A stretch of DNA of 64,000 nt from Candidatus Nitrotoga sp. LAW (GTDB taxonomy: Bacteria > Pseudomonadota > Gammaproteobacteria > Burkholderiales > Gallionellaceae): NCBI GenBank assembly GCA_003402315.1, contig QFXI01000003.1:702-64701 (forward strand). The letters run 5' to 3'. The position numbers and the translations under genes were made by a program. Shown here in pieces: positions 10,286-20,608 of the stretch (within the stretch, counting starts at the first letter, position 1; the number at the start of each line of letters is the position of its first letter). The notes under the pieces are model-generated. The model was not told the DNA's origin and did no database searches. It saw only the letters and a program-made list of their open reading frames with translations.

Positions 10286-11074
10286 ATGATTACCGTCACC
10301 AGCGCCCAGTTACTCTCCTGGCTCGCCCTATTCATTTTTCCATTTGTCCGCATCCTGGCCATGGTTGCCAGTGCACCGATACTGGGTAATAAGCAAGTTC
10401 CGGTGCGTATAAAAATAGGCTTGTCCGTATTGTTGACCATCGTTATCGCGCCTACTTTGACTATACAACCCAATGTCGATCCAGCTTCTGCGCTTGGATT
10501 TTTAATTTTGCTTCAACAGATTCTTGCCGGGCTAGCAATCGGTTTCACCATGCGCTTGATCTTCACCGCAATAGAAATGGCCGGGGATATTATCGGAATT
10601 CAAATGGGGCTGGGATTCGCCATTTTCTTTGACCCTCAAAATTCTTCCTACACGCCAGTGATAGCACAATTTTTAGGCATCCTCGCCGCACTCGTGTTTC
10701 TCAACATGAATGGACATCTCGTCATGCTGGAAGCGCTAGCAGACAGCTTCCGCACTTTTCCCATTAATAGCGCAATCCCTGCGGCAATTGCGCTGCATAC
10801 TCTGGCCTCATGGGGCGGTAGCATTTTCTCTAATGCATTGCAATTAAGCATGCCAGTGATCGGCGCGCTGCTAATCTCCAATTTTGCACTTGGCATCCTG
10901 ACGCGTAGCGCGCCACAACTTAATATCTTCGCGGTCGGCTTCCCGATTACTTTGACAATCGGTTTTGCTACAGTGATGCTATTACTGCCTTATCTCGTTC
11001 CGCTATTGGAAAACATCACCCACACCAGCTTAGAAACTGTATTACGCGTCATGCAGCTATTTGGCAAATCGTAA
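10286..11074 (+). CDS. fliR: Flagellar export apparatus protein FliR
   Basis: 262-aa polytopic membrane protein following fliQ. Confidence 0.9.
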   Translation: MITVTSAQLLSWLALFIFPFVRILAMVASAPILGNKQVPVRIKIGLSVLLTIVIAPTLTIQPNVDPASALGFLILLQQILAGLAIGFTMRLIFTAIEMAGDIIGIQMGLGFAIFFDPQNSSYTPVIAQFLGILAALVFLNMNGHLVMLEALADSFRTFPINSAIPAAIALHTLASWGGSIFSNALQLSMPVIGALLISNFALGILTRSAPQLNIFAVGFPITLTIGFATVMLLLPYLVPLLENITHTSLETVLRVMQLFGKS

Positions 11075-11208
11075 ATAGCGCAATCCTCAGCAATCTTATT
11101 TCAGCAACTAAATGAAGCCGGGTTTGGGTGGCAATAGTGATTTATAGCGGCGTCTATATGCAGTTATGCTATATTTTTCGCCCTAACCAAAAAATCTATG
11201 GAGAAATC

Positions 11209-11637
11209 ATGAAACGTTCCAAACATTACTTCTCATCCCGAATCGCAATGGCCGTATCCACCTTCCTGACTATTGCTATTCTTAGCCAGGAAGCCCAGGC
11301 AGTTTGTAATGAATGCGGTACGGTTACCGATGTAAAAACCGTAACAGTCGAAGGCCAGGGAAGCGGGCTTGGTGCTGTAACAGGCGGGGTATTGGGCGGC
11401 GTAGTGGGCCACCAAGTGGGAGGGGGAAGAGGTAAAGATTTAGCCACTATCGGGGGAGTTGTAGGTGGCGCTTATGTCGGCCATCAAGTCGAAAAAAAAT
11501 CAAAATCCGGAACTAGATATCACGTCTTTGTAGAGATGGAGGATGGTACTAGCAAAACTTTCAAATATTCTTCTAAAACCAGCTATCAGGTAGGCGATCG
11601 CGTCAAAGTGAAAAATGGCAAACTGGTTCGGGCATAA
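11209..11637 (+). CDS. Glycine-zipper (17-kDa surface-antigen-like) outer-membrane lipoprotein
   Basis: Signal peptide, then GxxxG-rich tracts (GLGAVTGGVLGGVVGHQVGGG...GGVVGGAYVG). GGAG lies 6 nt before the ATG at 11209. The track ORF starts upstream at 11128. Confidence 0.7.
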   Translation: MKRSKHYFSSRIAMAVSTFLTIAILSQEAQAVCNECGTVTDVKTVTVEGQGSGLGAVTGGVLGGVVGHQVGGGRGKDLATIGGVVGGAYVGHQVEKKSKSGTRYHVFVEMEDGTSKTFKYSSKTSYQVGDRVKVKNGKLVRA

Positions 11638-11742
11638 AAACACCACATGCCATCAATAACGGCTATCAGATTTCCGTGAATTTCAGCACGATGGACATAA
11701 GATGAGTTATCACCCTGTCCCGTAACTTTATGTGAAAAACAT

Positions 11743-12717
11743 ATGGATCGGACAGAACGCTTTTACAAAATTGAACAACTGCTGATTTCACGTCGGATAG
11801 TACCAATCTCTATATTTCTGGAAGCGCTTGGAATTTCGCAGGCCACTTTCAAGCGTGACCTGGATTACCTGCGTGACCGAATGAACATGCCCATCGAATG
11901 GGATCGGAACGCCAAGGGGTATCGGTATGTAACAACCAATCCAAATGAAAGCTCCTCTACCTTGCCTGGAATGTGGTTCAGTGCATCAGAAGTGCATGCC
12001 CTGCTGACGATGCAACACCTGCTCGCCAATCTTGGCAATGGATTGTTGAGCAGCCATATCGCACCTTTGCAGACCCGCCTTAAAGCCTTGCTTGGCAGCG
12101 CTGACCATAGCGTTGAGGAAGTGGAAAAACGCATCAAGTTGGAACACGCCAGCAGACGTGCCCTGCCCCTTCAGTGTTTTGAGACTATCGCCACGGCAAC
12201 ACTGCAACGAAAGCAATTGCAGATCACCCACTTCAACCGCCAGAACGGGCAACATAACACCCGCATCATTTCACCCCAGCAACTTCTGTTCTATCGCGAT
12301 AACTGGTACGTCGACGCATGGTGCCATCTGAGAAAAGGCATCCGCAGCTTTTCCATTGACGCTATCCGTCATGCCGAATTGGTAGCGGCACCCGCAATTG
12401 AATTACCGCAACCCGAACTTCAGGAATACTTCAAAAAGGGCTACGGCATATTCTCAGGCACAAAGGTAGCTTGGGCAAAACTCAGGTTTACCCCAGAACG
12501 GGCGCGATGGGTTTCCACTGAGCAATGGCATCCCGAGCAAAAATCCCGTTTTGATAAAGAGGGATATTATTGCTTGGAAGTCCCCTATTCCGATGACCGC
12601 GAACTATTGATGGACATACTCAAGCACGGCACTGAAGTCGAAGTAATGGCGCCTAAGGCACTGAGAGGCAGCGTCCGTAAATTGCTTGAATCTGCTTTGG
12701 CGCAATATAAAACCTGA
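11743..12717 (+). CDS. HTH + WYL domain transcriptional regulator (YafY-like)
   Basis: N-terminal DeoR-type HTH (ISQATFKRDLDYLRD). The central WYL-type block reads LLFYRDNWYVDAWCHLRKGIRSFSIDAI, followed by a C-terminal WCX-like region. Confidence 0.8.
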   Translation: MDRTERFYKIEQLLISRRIVPISIFLEALGISQATFKRDLDYLRDRMNMPIEWDRNAKGYRYVTTNPNESSSTLPGMWFSASEVHALLTMQHLLANLGNGLLSSHIAPLQTRLKALLGSADHSVEEVEKRIKLEHASRRALPLQCFETIATATLQRKQLQITHFNRQNGQHNTRIISPQQLLFYRDNWYVDAWCHLRKGIRSFSIDAIRHAELVAAPAIELPQPELQEYFKKGYGIFSGTKVAWAKLRFTPERARWVSTEQWHPEQKSRFDKEGYYCLEVPYSDDRELLMDILKHGTEVEVMAPKALRGSVRKLLESALAQYKT

Positions 12718-12799
12718 AATTTATTTCAGTAGCTCACGCCATGAGCCACCACCCCCACTATCATGGGTTCATCCAAATTAATTCAACAAGGAGAAACCC

Positions 12800-12895
12800 A
12801 TGTGGAAAGAAATCAAAATTAACCCAGACCGGGTGGTCTTTTTCGGATGCATGTTCGGTGGGATTGTGTTGGTTGTTGTGAATATGGTGTATTGA
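12800..12895 (+). CDS. Hypothetical 31-aa hydrophobic peptide (MWKEIKINPDRVVFFGCMFGGIVLVVVNMVY)
   Basis: Not in the ORF track because it is under 60 aa. AAGGAG lies 7 nt upstream of the ATG. One predicted TM helix. Located in the WYL-cas1 intergenic region. Confidence 0.3.
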   Translation: MWKEIKINPDRVVFFGCMFGGIVLVVVNMVY

Positions 12896-13047
12896 GGGGT
12901 GTGGGTGAAGGTGGTGAGCATAGGCCTGTTTCATCCCACATCTCATCTTCGAAAATGTTGGTGTCCATTTTTCCCAGTGTCACCCACCTCAGTGGCGGTG
13001 CCGGTGGCAGATTTGAACCATCGTTAAAGTTATGGAGCATTTCTAAA

Positions 13048-13995
13048 ATGGATCAATTGACTGACTTAAAAGCAATTCTGCACTCCAAACGAGCCAATAT
13101 TTACTATTTAGAGAAATGCCGTGTCATGCAGAAAGATGGACGCGTTCTCTATTTGACGGAAGCTAAAGATGAGCAACTCTACTGGAATATCCCGATTGCC
13201 AATACCACCGTTATTTTATTAGGTACCGGTACTTCTATCACCCAAGCAGCAGTACGCATGCTCGCATCAGCAGGTGTTTTGATCGGCTTTAGTGGAGGTG
13301 GTGGTACGCCACTGCTAGCAGCCAGTGAAATCGAATGGCTCACGCCGCAAAGTGAATATAGACCTACCGAATATGTACAGGGATGGCTATCGTTCTGGTT
13401 TGATGAGAAAAAAAGATTACAGGTTGCTAAACACTTCCAATTGTTGCGTATCAATTTCCTGCAAAGCGCCTGGAACAAAGACAAAGATCTGAAGAATGAA
13501 GGCTTCTTTATAGACGATCAAGCTATTACACAAGCATTTTCCGGTTTCTCAAGTAAAGTGGAGCAAGCAAGTAATGTTACTGAATTATTGTTAATTGAAG
13601 CCCAGCTTACCAAGAAGCTTTATAAAGTCGTAGTTAACCGAACCCAGCAAGAAGATTTTGTTCGTAATTATGACAGCACCGACAATGCAAATGCTTTCCT
13701 GAATCATGGCAATTACCTAGCCTATGGCCTGGCAGCCAGCACACTCTGGGTCTTGGGCATACCGCATGGTTTTGCCGTTATGCATGGCAAAACCCGGCGC
13801 GGCGCTTTGGTATTTGATGTGGCGGATTTAGTCAAAGATGCTCTAGTTCTGCCTTGGGCGTTTGTTTGCGCGAAAGAAAAAATGAGTGAACAGGAATTTC
13901 GGCAACAATGCTTGCAGAAATTTACCGAACATAAGGCACTGGATTTTATGTTTGATACCATCAAACAGGTCAGCTTACAAGGCAGCGCAATATGA
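13048..13995 (+). CDS. cas1: CRISPR-associated endonuclease Cas1, type I-F
   Basis: The N-terminus [20 protein letters not shown] closely resembles I-F Cas1 as I recall the P. aeruginosa protein. The track ORF extends to 12847, but the ATG at 13048 gives the canonical N-terminus. The stop overlaps the cas2-3 start (ATGA). Confidence 0.95.
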   Translation: MDQLTDLKAILHSKRANIYYLEKCRVMQKDGRVLYLTEAKDEQLYWNIPIANTTVILLGTGTSITQAAVRMLASAGVLIGFSGGGGTPLLAASEIEWLTPQSEYRPTEYVQGWLSFWFDEKKRLQVAKHFQLLRINFLQSAWNKDKDLKNEGFFIDDQAITQAFSGFSSKVEQASNVTELLLIEAQLTKKLYKVVVNRTQQEDFVRNYDSTDNANAFLNHGNYLAYGLAASTLWVLGIPHGFAVMHGKTRRGALVFDVADLVKDALVLPWAFVCAKEKMSEQEFRQQCLQKFTEHKALDFMFDTIKQVSLQGSAI

Positions 13996-16922
13996 TGGTG
14001 ACTTTTGTATCCGAATGCGAGAAAAAGGCACTGGCTAGAACCCGTAGAGTTCTCGATGCCTTCGCTAACCGCATCGGCAGCCGCACTTGGCAAACCGTGA
14101 TTACTGAAGACGGCCTAATCGCTGTCAAAACTTTGTTAAGAAAAACCGCCACCAAAAATACCGCCGTGGCATGCCATTGGATACGCTCCAGAAGCCGGAG
14201 TGAACTGGTTTGGATTGTGGGAAATCGAGATCAATTTAATCCGCAAGGCATCGTACCCGTAAACACCACTTTAAAAGAATTAATCATGGATATACCAAGC
14301 AATAAACCGAATCCCAATTTCTTGTATGCCAACACTCATTTGCAACTACTAACTGAACATTTATTTGCCGTTGGCTATGTTGCAGAACATGTATACAAAC
14401 AGCTGATGCCTAATCATGCAAAGCAATCAACCGCTACTTTTGTAGCGGGGTGTTTGCATGATCTAGGAAAAATTGACCCGTGCTTTCAAGATTGGGTGAG
14501 AAATCCAAAGAAAAAGGATTTTGTAGCAGAAGATGGGCAGCATATTGATGATACAAAATTTAGTTTTGACAAACATCCTCGGCACAATGAAGTTTCAGTA
14601 TTGCTTTACCATTTACTCGATCACATAGCGCTAAAACAGATCAACACAGATAACAAAAAATCCATTAAACACGTTATCTATTGGCACCATGCCAAACCAT
14701 TTCGTAAAGAAAAAGACTTTGTAAATTATGGGGACATTCACAAAAAATTGAATGGCAACCTAAAAGACCTAACATTTACTGAATTTTTAGCAAAAGCAAT
14801 TCAATTATTGAAAAGCTTATGCACGCTCGATGTAAAGTATCGGACGGTGGAAGAGTCAGTAATTTCGAAAATCTTCAGTGAAGAAATTGATTTAGACATC
14901 ATCGAAACATTAGACGGATCACTGTTACCGTATTACAAGAAGTATGATGCTCAGGAAAGTATTGAGAAATATCCTGCACAAATTCAGCATAATGCTGACA
15001 ATAACGTCATACGTGCCTGCGTTATTTCGGCGGATCGCTGGGTATCAGCACTTACACCATCAGACTTACACGCACATATTAAAAATAACACGTTCAATAC
15101 GCTAATAGATGAACTTCTATTATTGGAATCGACGCTTTGCTCACATATTGAATTCTGTTTAACGAAATTTCCAGCCAGCGAACGCAGTAAAAAACAAAAT
15201 GAAGTTGCGAGCAAGCTAACCACCGCAAAGGCCGTTGCTGTACTTGCAGGCCCGGCGGGCTGTGGCAAAACAAAAATTGCACTGGAATGGGCTAAATTGA
15301 AAAATGCCCAACAACTAATTTGGATTTGTCCGAGGGTGCAAGTCTGCCAAGGCATATTTGATGATTTAATATCTAAAGATTATTTTGAAGAACTGCTTCC
15401 AAGTGCACAGATAGAAATTAATACCGGAGAATTTAAATATACCAATCAGTGGGGAAAACTAACCCCTGAAGATGAATATTTCTCAGGCAATATCGTTATT
15501 ACCACGATTGATCAGATATTTAGCGCCATCATCACCCACAGCAAAGTTAATACCTTAATTAATTTTCTGAATGCACATGTGGTGTTTGATGAGTTTCACG
15601 AATACGTCAATATGCCTGCTTTCAATTTGCTATTTGCTGAGTTGATCGCTTGTAAACAAAAGCAGGAGCGTTTAGCTAACACCTTATTGGTTTCGGCCAC
15701 ACCGCATTATTTTTATCTGAAACAGGTATTGCAAATCGATCCAGAAGATATCGTCGCTATGCCTTCATTTAATCCAAGTCGCTACCGCATTGAGTTCAAG
15801 GTATTTGATGAAACTAAGCAAGATGACACTAATCCTTTGTATCAACCATATCAATCCAATACCATTGTTATCAGCAATACGGCGCTCACTGCACAAAAAA
15901 GCTTTATTCGTAATCAGCATCAAGAAAACGCCGTGCTATTGCACTCAAAATTTAAAAAAAGTGATAAACAAAGATGGTTTGAAGAAGTGTATGAATCGTT
16001 CAAAAAAGACGGCACACTCAAATTTAATGTTTTACGTAGCGGACCAATTGTTCAAGCCTCCCTGAATATTACCTGTGACTGTATGGTCGCTGAAATTACC
16101 AATGCAGAGAATTGCTTGCAGCGCTTAGGTCGGCAGGATCGTTTTGGTGTCAATAAGGAGGTCAACGTTCACTGTATAGCGGTTCCTGAAGCTATTGACC
16201 AAGGCAAGGGTACAGGAGCCGCCGCCCGTTTTTTATCGCGCATGTACACTTTTGGTTCTGCAAAAGCTTGGTATCAATTTGTAAAAGCCGAGCTGAATGA
16301 CCAGCCTTTTACATTGCCGCAGCTATACGAGTTATATGAGCGGTTCTACCAGTCTGATAGTGGTCAAAAACTTATAGCATCCGATCTAGTCGCTTCACTT
16401 AAGGCAAGCGTGAATTTAATTAATCAAAAAGTGCTTGATCCAATTACTATTTCATCCAAAAAAGTGTTACTGAAAGGCCGAGCTAAAATCAGTAAGAATT
16501 CCTTGCGCGGAGAAAATCGTTTTGTGCAAATGGCGGTATGCGATGTTAATGAACCCAATCAGCCCAAATTTATTGATCAATACGCTTACCAAGCACCAGT
16601 TAATGAACGGGATGATTTTGATAATTTAACGGCTTCCATAGATGAGATCGAGGGCTATGGTGACAGTGATAGAAACTTGCTGGCCTACATGAAAACTAAA
16701 CATCACAACATTATGGGCGGCACTAAAGCCTATAAAGATTTTATCCTGCTTAATGAAGCACGAGATTCAGAATTTCCCATCTACCTGAGTTACACACCCA
16801 ATGATTTACTTCCGGTTGGGGGAGAAAGCGCACGTCATAGTCATGCCATCTATTATGCTGTGTGCGAAAAGCAGCCTATTGGCGGAATTTCCATTAAACA
16901 GCTTAATTCAAATGAGGAGTGA
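13992..16922 (+). CDS. cas3: Cas2-Cas3 fusion (Cas2/3), type I-F
   Basis: N-terminal Cas2 domain ([30 protein letters not shown]...[20 protein letters not shown]). HD motifs ([20 protein letters not shown]). Helicase Walker A GPAGCGKT and a DEFH box. Confidence 0.95.
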   Translation: MMVTFVSECEKKALARTRRVLDAFANRIGSRTWQTVITEDGLIAVKTLLRKTATKNTAVACHWIRSRSRSELVWIVGNRDQFNPQGIVPVNTTLKELIMDIPSNKPNPNFLYANTHLQLLTEHLFAVGYVAEHVYKQLMPNHAKQSTATFVAGCLHDLGKIDPCFQDWVRNPKKKDFVAEDGQHIDDTKFSFDKHPRHNEVSVLLYHLLDHIALKQINTDNKKSIKHVIYWHHAKPFRKEKDFVNYGDIHKKLNGNLKDLTFTEFLAKAIQLLKSLCTLDVKYRTVEESVISKIFSEEIDLDIIETLDGSLLPYYKKYDAQESIEKYPAQIQHNADNNVIRACVISADRWVSALTPSDLHAHIKNNTFNTLIDELLLLESTLCSHIEFCLTKFPASERSKKQNEVASKLTTAKAVAVLAGPAGCGKTKIALEWAKLKNAQQLIWICPRVQVCQGIFDDLISKDYFEELLPSAQIEINTGEFKYTNQWGKLTPEDEYFSGNIVITTIDQIFSAIITHSKVNTLINFLNAHVVFDEFHEYVNMPAFNLLFAELIACKQKQERLANTLLVSATPHYFYLKQVLQIDPEDIVAMPSFNPSRYRIEFKVFDETKQDDTNPLYQPYQSNTIVISNTALTAQKSFIRNQHQENAVLLHSKFKKSDKQRWFEEVYESFKKDGTLKFNVLRSGPIVQASLNITCDCMVAEITNAENCLQRLGRQDRFGVNKEVNVHCIAVPEAIDQGKGTGAAARFLSRMYTFGSAKAWYQFVKAELNDQPFTLPQLYELYERFYQSDSGQKLIASDLVASLKASVNLINQKVLDPITISSKKVLLKGRAKISKNSLRGENRFVQMAVCDVNEPNQPKFIDQYAYQAPVNERDDFDNLTASIDEIEGYGDSDRNLLAYMKTKHHNIMGGTKAYKDFILLNEARDSEFPIYLSYTPNDLLPVGGESARHSHAIYYAVCEKQPIGGISIKQLNSNEE

Positions 16923-16925
16923 TAC

Positions 16926-17906
16926 ATGCAAAAAATAACGGGCATTAAAAGCGTGGATTTTAAAGTGGTTGCGTTGGGTCATGGGGTAGTCAACTGGAAT
17001 GGACCGACAACACTTGCAGGCGAGGATGGCAAAACAGTGGATAACCATACGCTGCCTAAACTAAGGGGATATAGCAATTTAACCGGCAAGATAAAAGAAG
17101 AAACCGGTTATAAATACAAAAAACAGGCTGCTGACATAGACTTTAAAGAAACCCCCATGTATATCAGCCAAAATTGCATCCGCCATCATTTGTTTAGAGA
17201 CCAGGCATTTGATTTGCACTATGCCAAAGATAAAAACCTGCAAAATGTGTTGGCTTCAATTACGGGTCTAATACGCGGCTATGTTGTGCCTTCAAGCCAG
17301 TGCAAACGCACAAGCCCATTACTTCTGGAGGATTTTGTTGACCAGTTGGGCAATGGCAATTTTGAGCAAATGGGGCGTTCCGGTTCAAAAGAAAAAGGCA
17401 AAGATGACAAAGGTGATGATGTCGCGAGCAATTCTTTTTTTTCCAAAACCACGTTTGGTGAAACCGAATATCTGGCCTACGGCTCGATCAGTATTGAGCA
17501 ACTACAGTTTATTTCGTTGGATAAAAAATTTGATCGTGCTTCCATGATTATTAAAGAGGGTGAAGGTGAAAAAATCGCCGAATCTGTGCAAAATTTTATC
17601 AAAAGTCTTGACCCTTCTCGAAATCCAAAAGCTACGTTTCATCAAAACTATGTTCGTGGTGGCACTATATTTGAAGAGGGTGAAGTCGGCATTTTATTGG
17701 ATAACGAAGCCATTGATATTTTGATTCAAGAAACCATCCGAATGATTAGCGAATTAAGCATTCGCCAAGCCAAAGGTTATATGTACGTAAATAGCGTGCT
17801 CATGGACTATAACGACAGCCATAAAATGATGCGCATAAAACGCTCGGAAAGCGAAATATCAGAAACACCAGAAACTAACTATGCCGTTTATTTCTACGCT
17901 AAATAG
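16926..17906 (+). CDS. cas7: Type I-F2 Cascade backbone subunit, probably Cas7fv
   Basis: Assigned by position: it is the first gene after cas2-3 in the I-F2 order cas1, cas2-3, cas7fv, cas5fv, cas6f. At 326 aa it shows no resemblance to Csy1/2/3 by eye. Confidence 0.6.
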   Translation: MQKITGIKSVDFKVVALGHGVVNWNGPTTLAGEDGKTVDNHTLPKLRGYSNLTGKIKEETGYKYKKQAADIDFKETPMYISQNCIRHHLFRDQAFDLHYAKDKNLQNVLASITGLIRGYVVPSSQCKRTSPLLLEDFVDQLGNGNFEQMGRSGSKEKGKDDKGDDVASNSFFSKTTFGETEYLAYGSISIEQLQFISLDKKFDRASMIIKEGEGEKIAESVQNFIKSLDPSRNPKATFHQNYVRGGTIFEEGEVGILLDNEAIDILIQETIRMISELSIRQAKGYMYVNSVLMDYNDSHKMMRIKRSESEISETPETNYAVYFYAK

Positions 17907-17916
17907 AGGTGGGTAT

Positions 17917-18927
17917 ATGCGTATTACGATTAAATATGAAGCGGTTTGGCAAAATTCCTTCTTGGATGGCTCTAATAATGAGTCTTTGCCAAAGAACGGA
18001 CGTAACTTTGTCGGCTCAATGACCACAATGAAGAGTGATGGCAACTTTATTCGCCGGGCCATAGGCAAAGATACTGTGATGGGTATCTTAAACCGGTTAA
18101 TTGGTGATCAACGTAAACTGTATCAGGCACGACAGTCACCCAATTATTACTTTAAGGATATTGAAGGAGAATTAACCGTTATTGATCGTAGCAAAATCAG
18201 TAATGCAGAAGTAGTGTATATCCGCAATATTTCGGGCAACGAGGATCAGAAATCATTTACCGGCATGATTAAAGCAACCGATCCTGCTTTTACCTCTATT
18301 TTTTCGAGTCGACTTTGGAGTGTGCTGCACTTAGAGTTAAACGATGTACTGAAATTTATTAATGACCCAAGTTATACGATAAATAACAGTGATAGTTTTG
18401 ATCCTTTAAGCGTTATTAATCAATTAGAATTGCTCAACGAGCTTAAACCCATTGATGTATCAGGGGAGGTGGCGGTTACATTAGATCTTTTAAAATCAGA
18501 ATATTCTGATGTCGATTACAAATTAACTTCCAAAGGACAAATCACACCTATTACATTTTATTGTTCAGCACTTTATTTGCAAATTGAGCGTTTAAAGAAT
18601 GGATATGATTTATCGACAATATTAACGGAAAGAGGTGGATTAAGTGGTATTTCCAAGCGAGGTTTTACTAAAAAAGACTTTATGGCTCGTTATACCACCG
18701 GCAAAAAGAAGTTGATTTGGGGTAATCCCTATCTGCTGAAAGAAAGACGCAAAGGCGAAGGCGAAGTGACCTCACTGCTAACTAAAGCCAATGGAACACT
18801 CGAAATTCAGTTAAATATTGCCCAAGAAAAAGCACAGCAACTTAAGGATATGATCGAAGCCGCTGGCGTTTCAAGCTTTTATTTGGGCAAAAAAGGGGTA
18901 GCGTATGTTGATAGTCTTAGGATATAG
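17917..18927 (+). CDS. cas5: Type I-F2 Cascade subunit, probably Cas5fv
   Basis: Second gene after cas2-3. GAGGTG precedes the ATG at 17917; the track ORF starts at 17881, overlapping the upstream gene. The assignment is positional only. Confidence 0.55.
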   Translation: MRITIKYEAVWQNSFLDGSNNESLPKNGRNFVGSMTTMKSDGNFIRRAIGKDTVMGILNRLIGDQRKLYQARQSPNYYFKDIEGELTVIDRSKISNAEVVYIRNISGNEDQKSFTGMIKATDPAFTSIFSSRLWSVLHLELNDVLKFINDPSYTINNSDSFDPLSVINQLELLNELKPIDVSGEVAVTLDLLKSEYSDVDYKLTSKGQITPITFYCSALYLQIERLKNGYDLSTILTERGGLSGISKRGFTKKDFMARYTTGKKKLIWGNPYLLKERRKGEGEVTSLLTKANGTLEIQLNIAQEKAQQLKDMIEAAGVSSFYLGKKGVAYVDSLRI

Positions 18928-18936
18928 GGGAAAATC

Positions 18937-19521
18937 ATGAAACATTACCTTGAAATAACCTTATTGCCCAATCCAGACATTAACCTGCTTACTCTCTGGT
19001 CAAAAGTCTTCCAACAAATCCACCTAGGCTTAGTCGAAATGCAGGATGACCAGAAGCGAGTACCGATTGGCGTTTCATTTCCTGAATACGTCATTGGTGA
19101 AAAATATAGCGTGCTTGGCGGTAAGTTAAGACTATTTGCTCAGGATGAATTCACGCTTGTTCGGTTTGATGCTGCGAAATGGTTGGTTCGTTTAAGCGAC
19201 TATGTGCATTGCACCGGGGTTCGTTCCGTGCCGGAGAAAATAGCAGGGCATGCAATATATCAACGTTATCAACCAAAGATAAACGCCGAGCGGTTGGCAC
19301 GGCGTTATGCGCGTAGGAAAGGGGTTGATTACGATACAGCTTTGGCATGCTATGGTGAGATGTCCCATAAATGTATTCCATTACCATTCATTCGCCAAAA
19401 AAGCCTGAGCAGTGGGCAGGAATTTTGTTTGTGGATTAAAAAAAATAGGGTGACAGAGCCAGTGGGGTCAGCCTATAGCAGCTATGGATTAAGCGCGAGT
19501 ACAACAGTCCCTGAGTTTTGA
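18937..19521 (+). CDS. cas6f: CRISPR endoribonuclease Cas6f (Csy4)
   Basis: The N-terminus MKHYLEITLLPNPD...IGVSFPEY and the C-terminal YGLS...VPEF parallel Csy4. 194 aa. Confidence 0.93.
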   Translation: MKHYLEITLLPNPDINLLTLWSKVFQQIHLGLVEMQDDQKRVPIGVSFPEYVIGEKYSVLGGKLRLFAQDEFTLVRFDAAKWLVRLSDYVHCTGVRSVPEKIAGHAIYQRYQPKINAERLARRYARRKGVDYDTALACYGEMSHKCIPLPFIRQKSLSSGQEFCLWIKKNRVTEPVGSAYSSYGLSASTTVPEF

Positions 19522-19549
19522 GTTTGGTTTTTTTATTTCTTCAAAATTG

Positions 19550-19577
19550 TTGGAAAAGTGTAGCAGAATGCTACAAT
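19550..19577 (+). promoter_or_regulatory. Putative sigma-70 promoter with overlapping palindromic operator for the TA pair
   Basis: TTGGAA (19550-19555), a 16-nt spacer, then TACAAT (19572-19577). The perfect inverted repeat TGTAGCA-gaa-TGCTACA at 19559-19575 overlaps the spacer and the -10. Confidence 0.45.
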
Positions 19578-19607
19578 ATTTTTGTTGTTTGGTAGAGTGA
19601 AAGAATT

Positions 19608-20024
19608 ATGGCAAAAGCGATATCGCCCATACGATTGCAAGAAGAATTGATGCAGGCAGCGACACTGGCCGGTAAGCGCCATCACCGGAGCGCGGCAGAG
19701 CAGATTGAGTATTGGGCGGAAATAGGGCATAGCGTTGGTGCGTTCCTGAAGCCAGATGATCTATTGTTGGTCTCAGCGGGATTGGCAAATATCCGTGTTG
19801 AGCCAGTAATGGGGCAGCCTGTCATCCCGAGCGCGGTATTTCAAGAACTGGAGCAAAGCCGTGCAAGCGGCGCATTAGCATGGGCGGTTACATCCAGTCC
19901 GGTTAGGTATCAGGTTTCATTAGCTTTTCCAGGCATGTTGGAGCAAATCAGCGCAAACGGTGAAATCAAGGTGGGGAAATTCGAACACGGCCAGTTTTTT
20001 GTTAAAACTAACGAATCATCTTGA
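19608..20024 (+). CDS. ParD-like type II antitoxin family protein
   Basis: The N-terminal block RLQEELMQAATLAGKRHHRSAAEQIEYWAEIG resembles the ParD_like family. Its stop overlaps the start of the downstream P-loop gene. Confidence 0.6.
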   Translation: MAKAISPIRLQEELMQAATLAGKRHHRSAAEQIEYWAEIGHSVGAFLKPDDLLLVSAGLANIRVEPVMGQPVIPSAVFQELEQSRASGALAWAVTSSPVRYQVSLAFPGMLEQISANGEIKVGKFEHGQFFVKTNESS

Positions 20025-20608
20025 TGGAGAAGCAGCAGTTATGGCTACTTGCGGGCGGTAATGGTGCAGGTAAAAGTACGTTTTACCGCATGTATTTAGA
20101 GCCGAAAGGAATGCCCTTTGTGAACGCTGATCTACTCGCCAGGCAATTATTTCCTGATGAGTCTGAAGCACGTAGTTACGAAGCGGCGATAATCGCAGGG
20201 GAGATTCGCGCACAATTCCTGCAGGAAGGGCGTACCTTCTGCTTTGAAACAGTATTCTCGCATCCATCAAAAATTGATTTCATCGCCCAAGCAAAGGTGA
20301 TGGGCTATGAAGTCATTTTAGTGTTTATTCATTTGAGAGATATTGCACTCAACCATGCGCGGATTGCCCAACGGGTTATCGAGGGCGGGCATTATGTCCC
20401 GGCTGAAAAAGTCAACAGCAGAATACCTAGAACCCTGGCGCACATCCAGCAAACGCTGTCACTGTGTGATTACGTGTATATCCTCGACAATTCCCGTGCA
20501 GACGATCCTTTCCAGCAGATTGCCGTTTTGCGCCATGGCCAGCTAGAGATTGCCAAGCAACCACTGGCGGAATGGAGCAAAGTGATCCTGACGGATTACC
20601 TGAAATAG
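20024..20608 (+). CDS. Zeta-toxin-like P-loop kinase/ATPase (COG4185-like)
   Basis: Walker A LLAGGNGAGKST. About 194 aa, and translationally coupled to the upstream small gene (TGATG). The track ORF starts on TTG at 20021. Confidence 0.65.
   Translation: MEKQQLWLLAGGNGAGKSTFYRMYLEPKGMPFVNADLLARQLFPDESEARSYEAAIIAGEIRAQFLQEGRTFCFETVFSHPSKIDFIAQAKVMGYEVILVFIHLRDIALNHARIAQRVIEGGHYVPAEKVNSRIPRTLAHIQQTLSLCDYVYILDNSRADDPFQQIAVLRHGQLEIAKQPLAEWSKVILTDYLK

Noticed and set aside
12847-13047. A 67-codon N-terminal extension of the cas1 ORF in the track.
   Set aside because: The canonical I-F Cas1 N-terminus begins at the ATG at 13048. The extension is an open frame without recognisable similarity, and it overlaps the small-ORF/promoter region.
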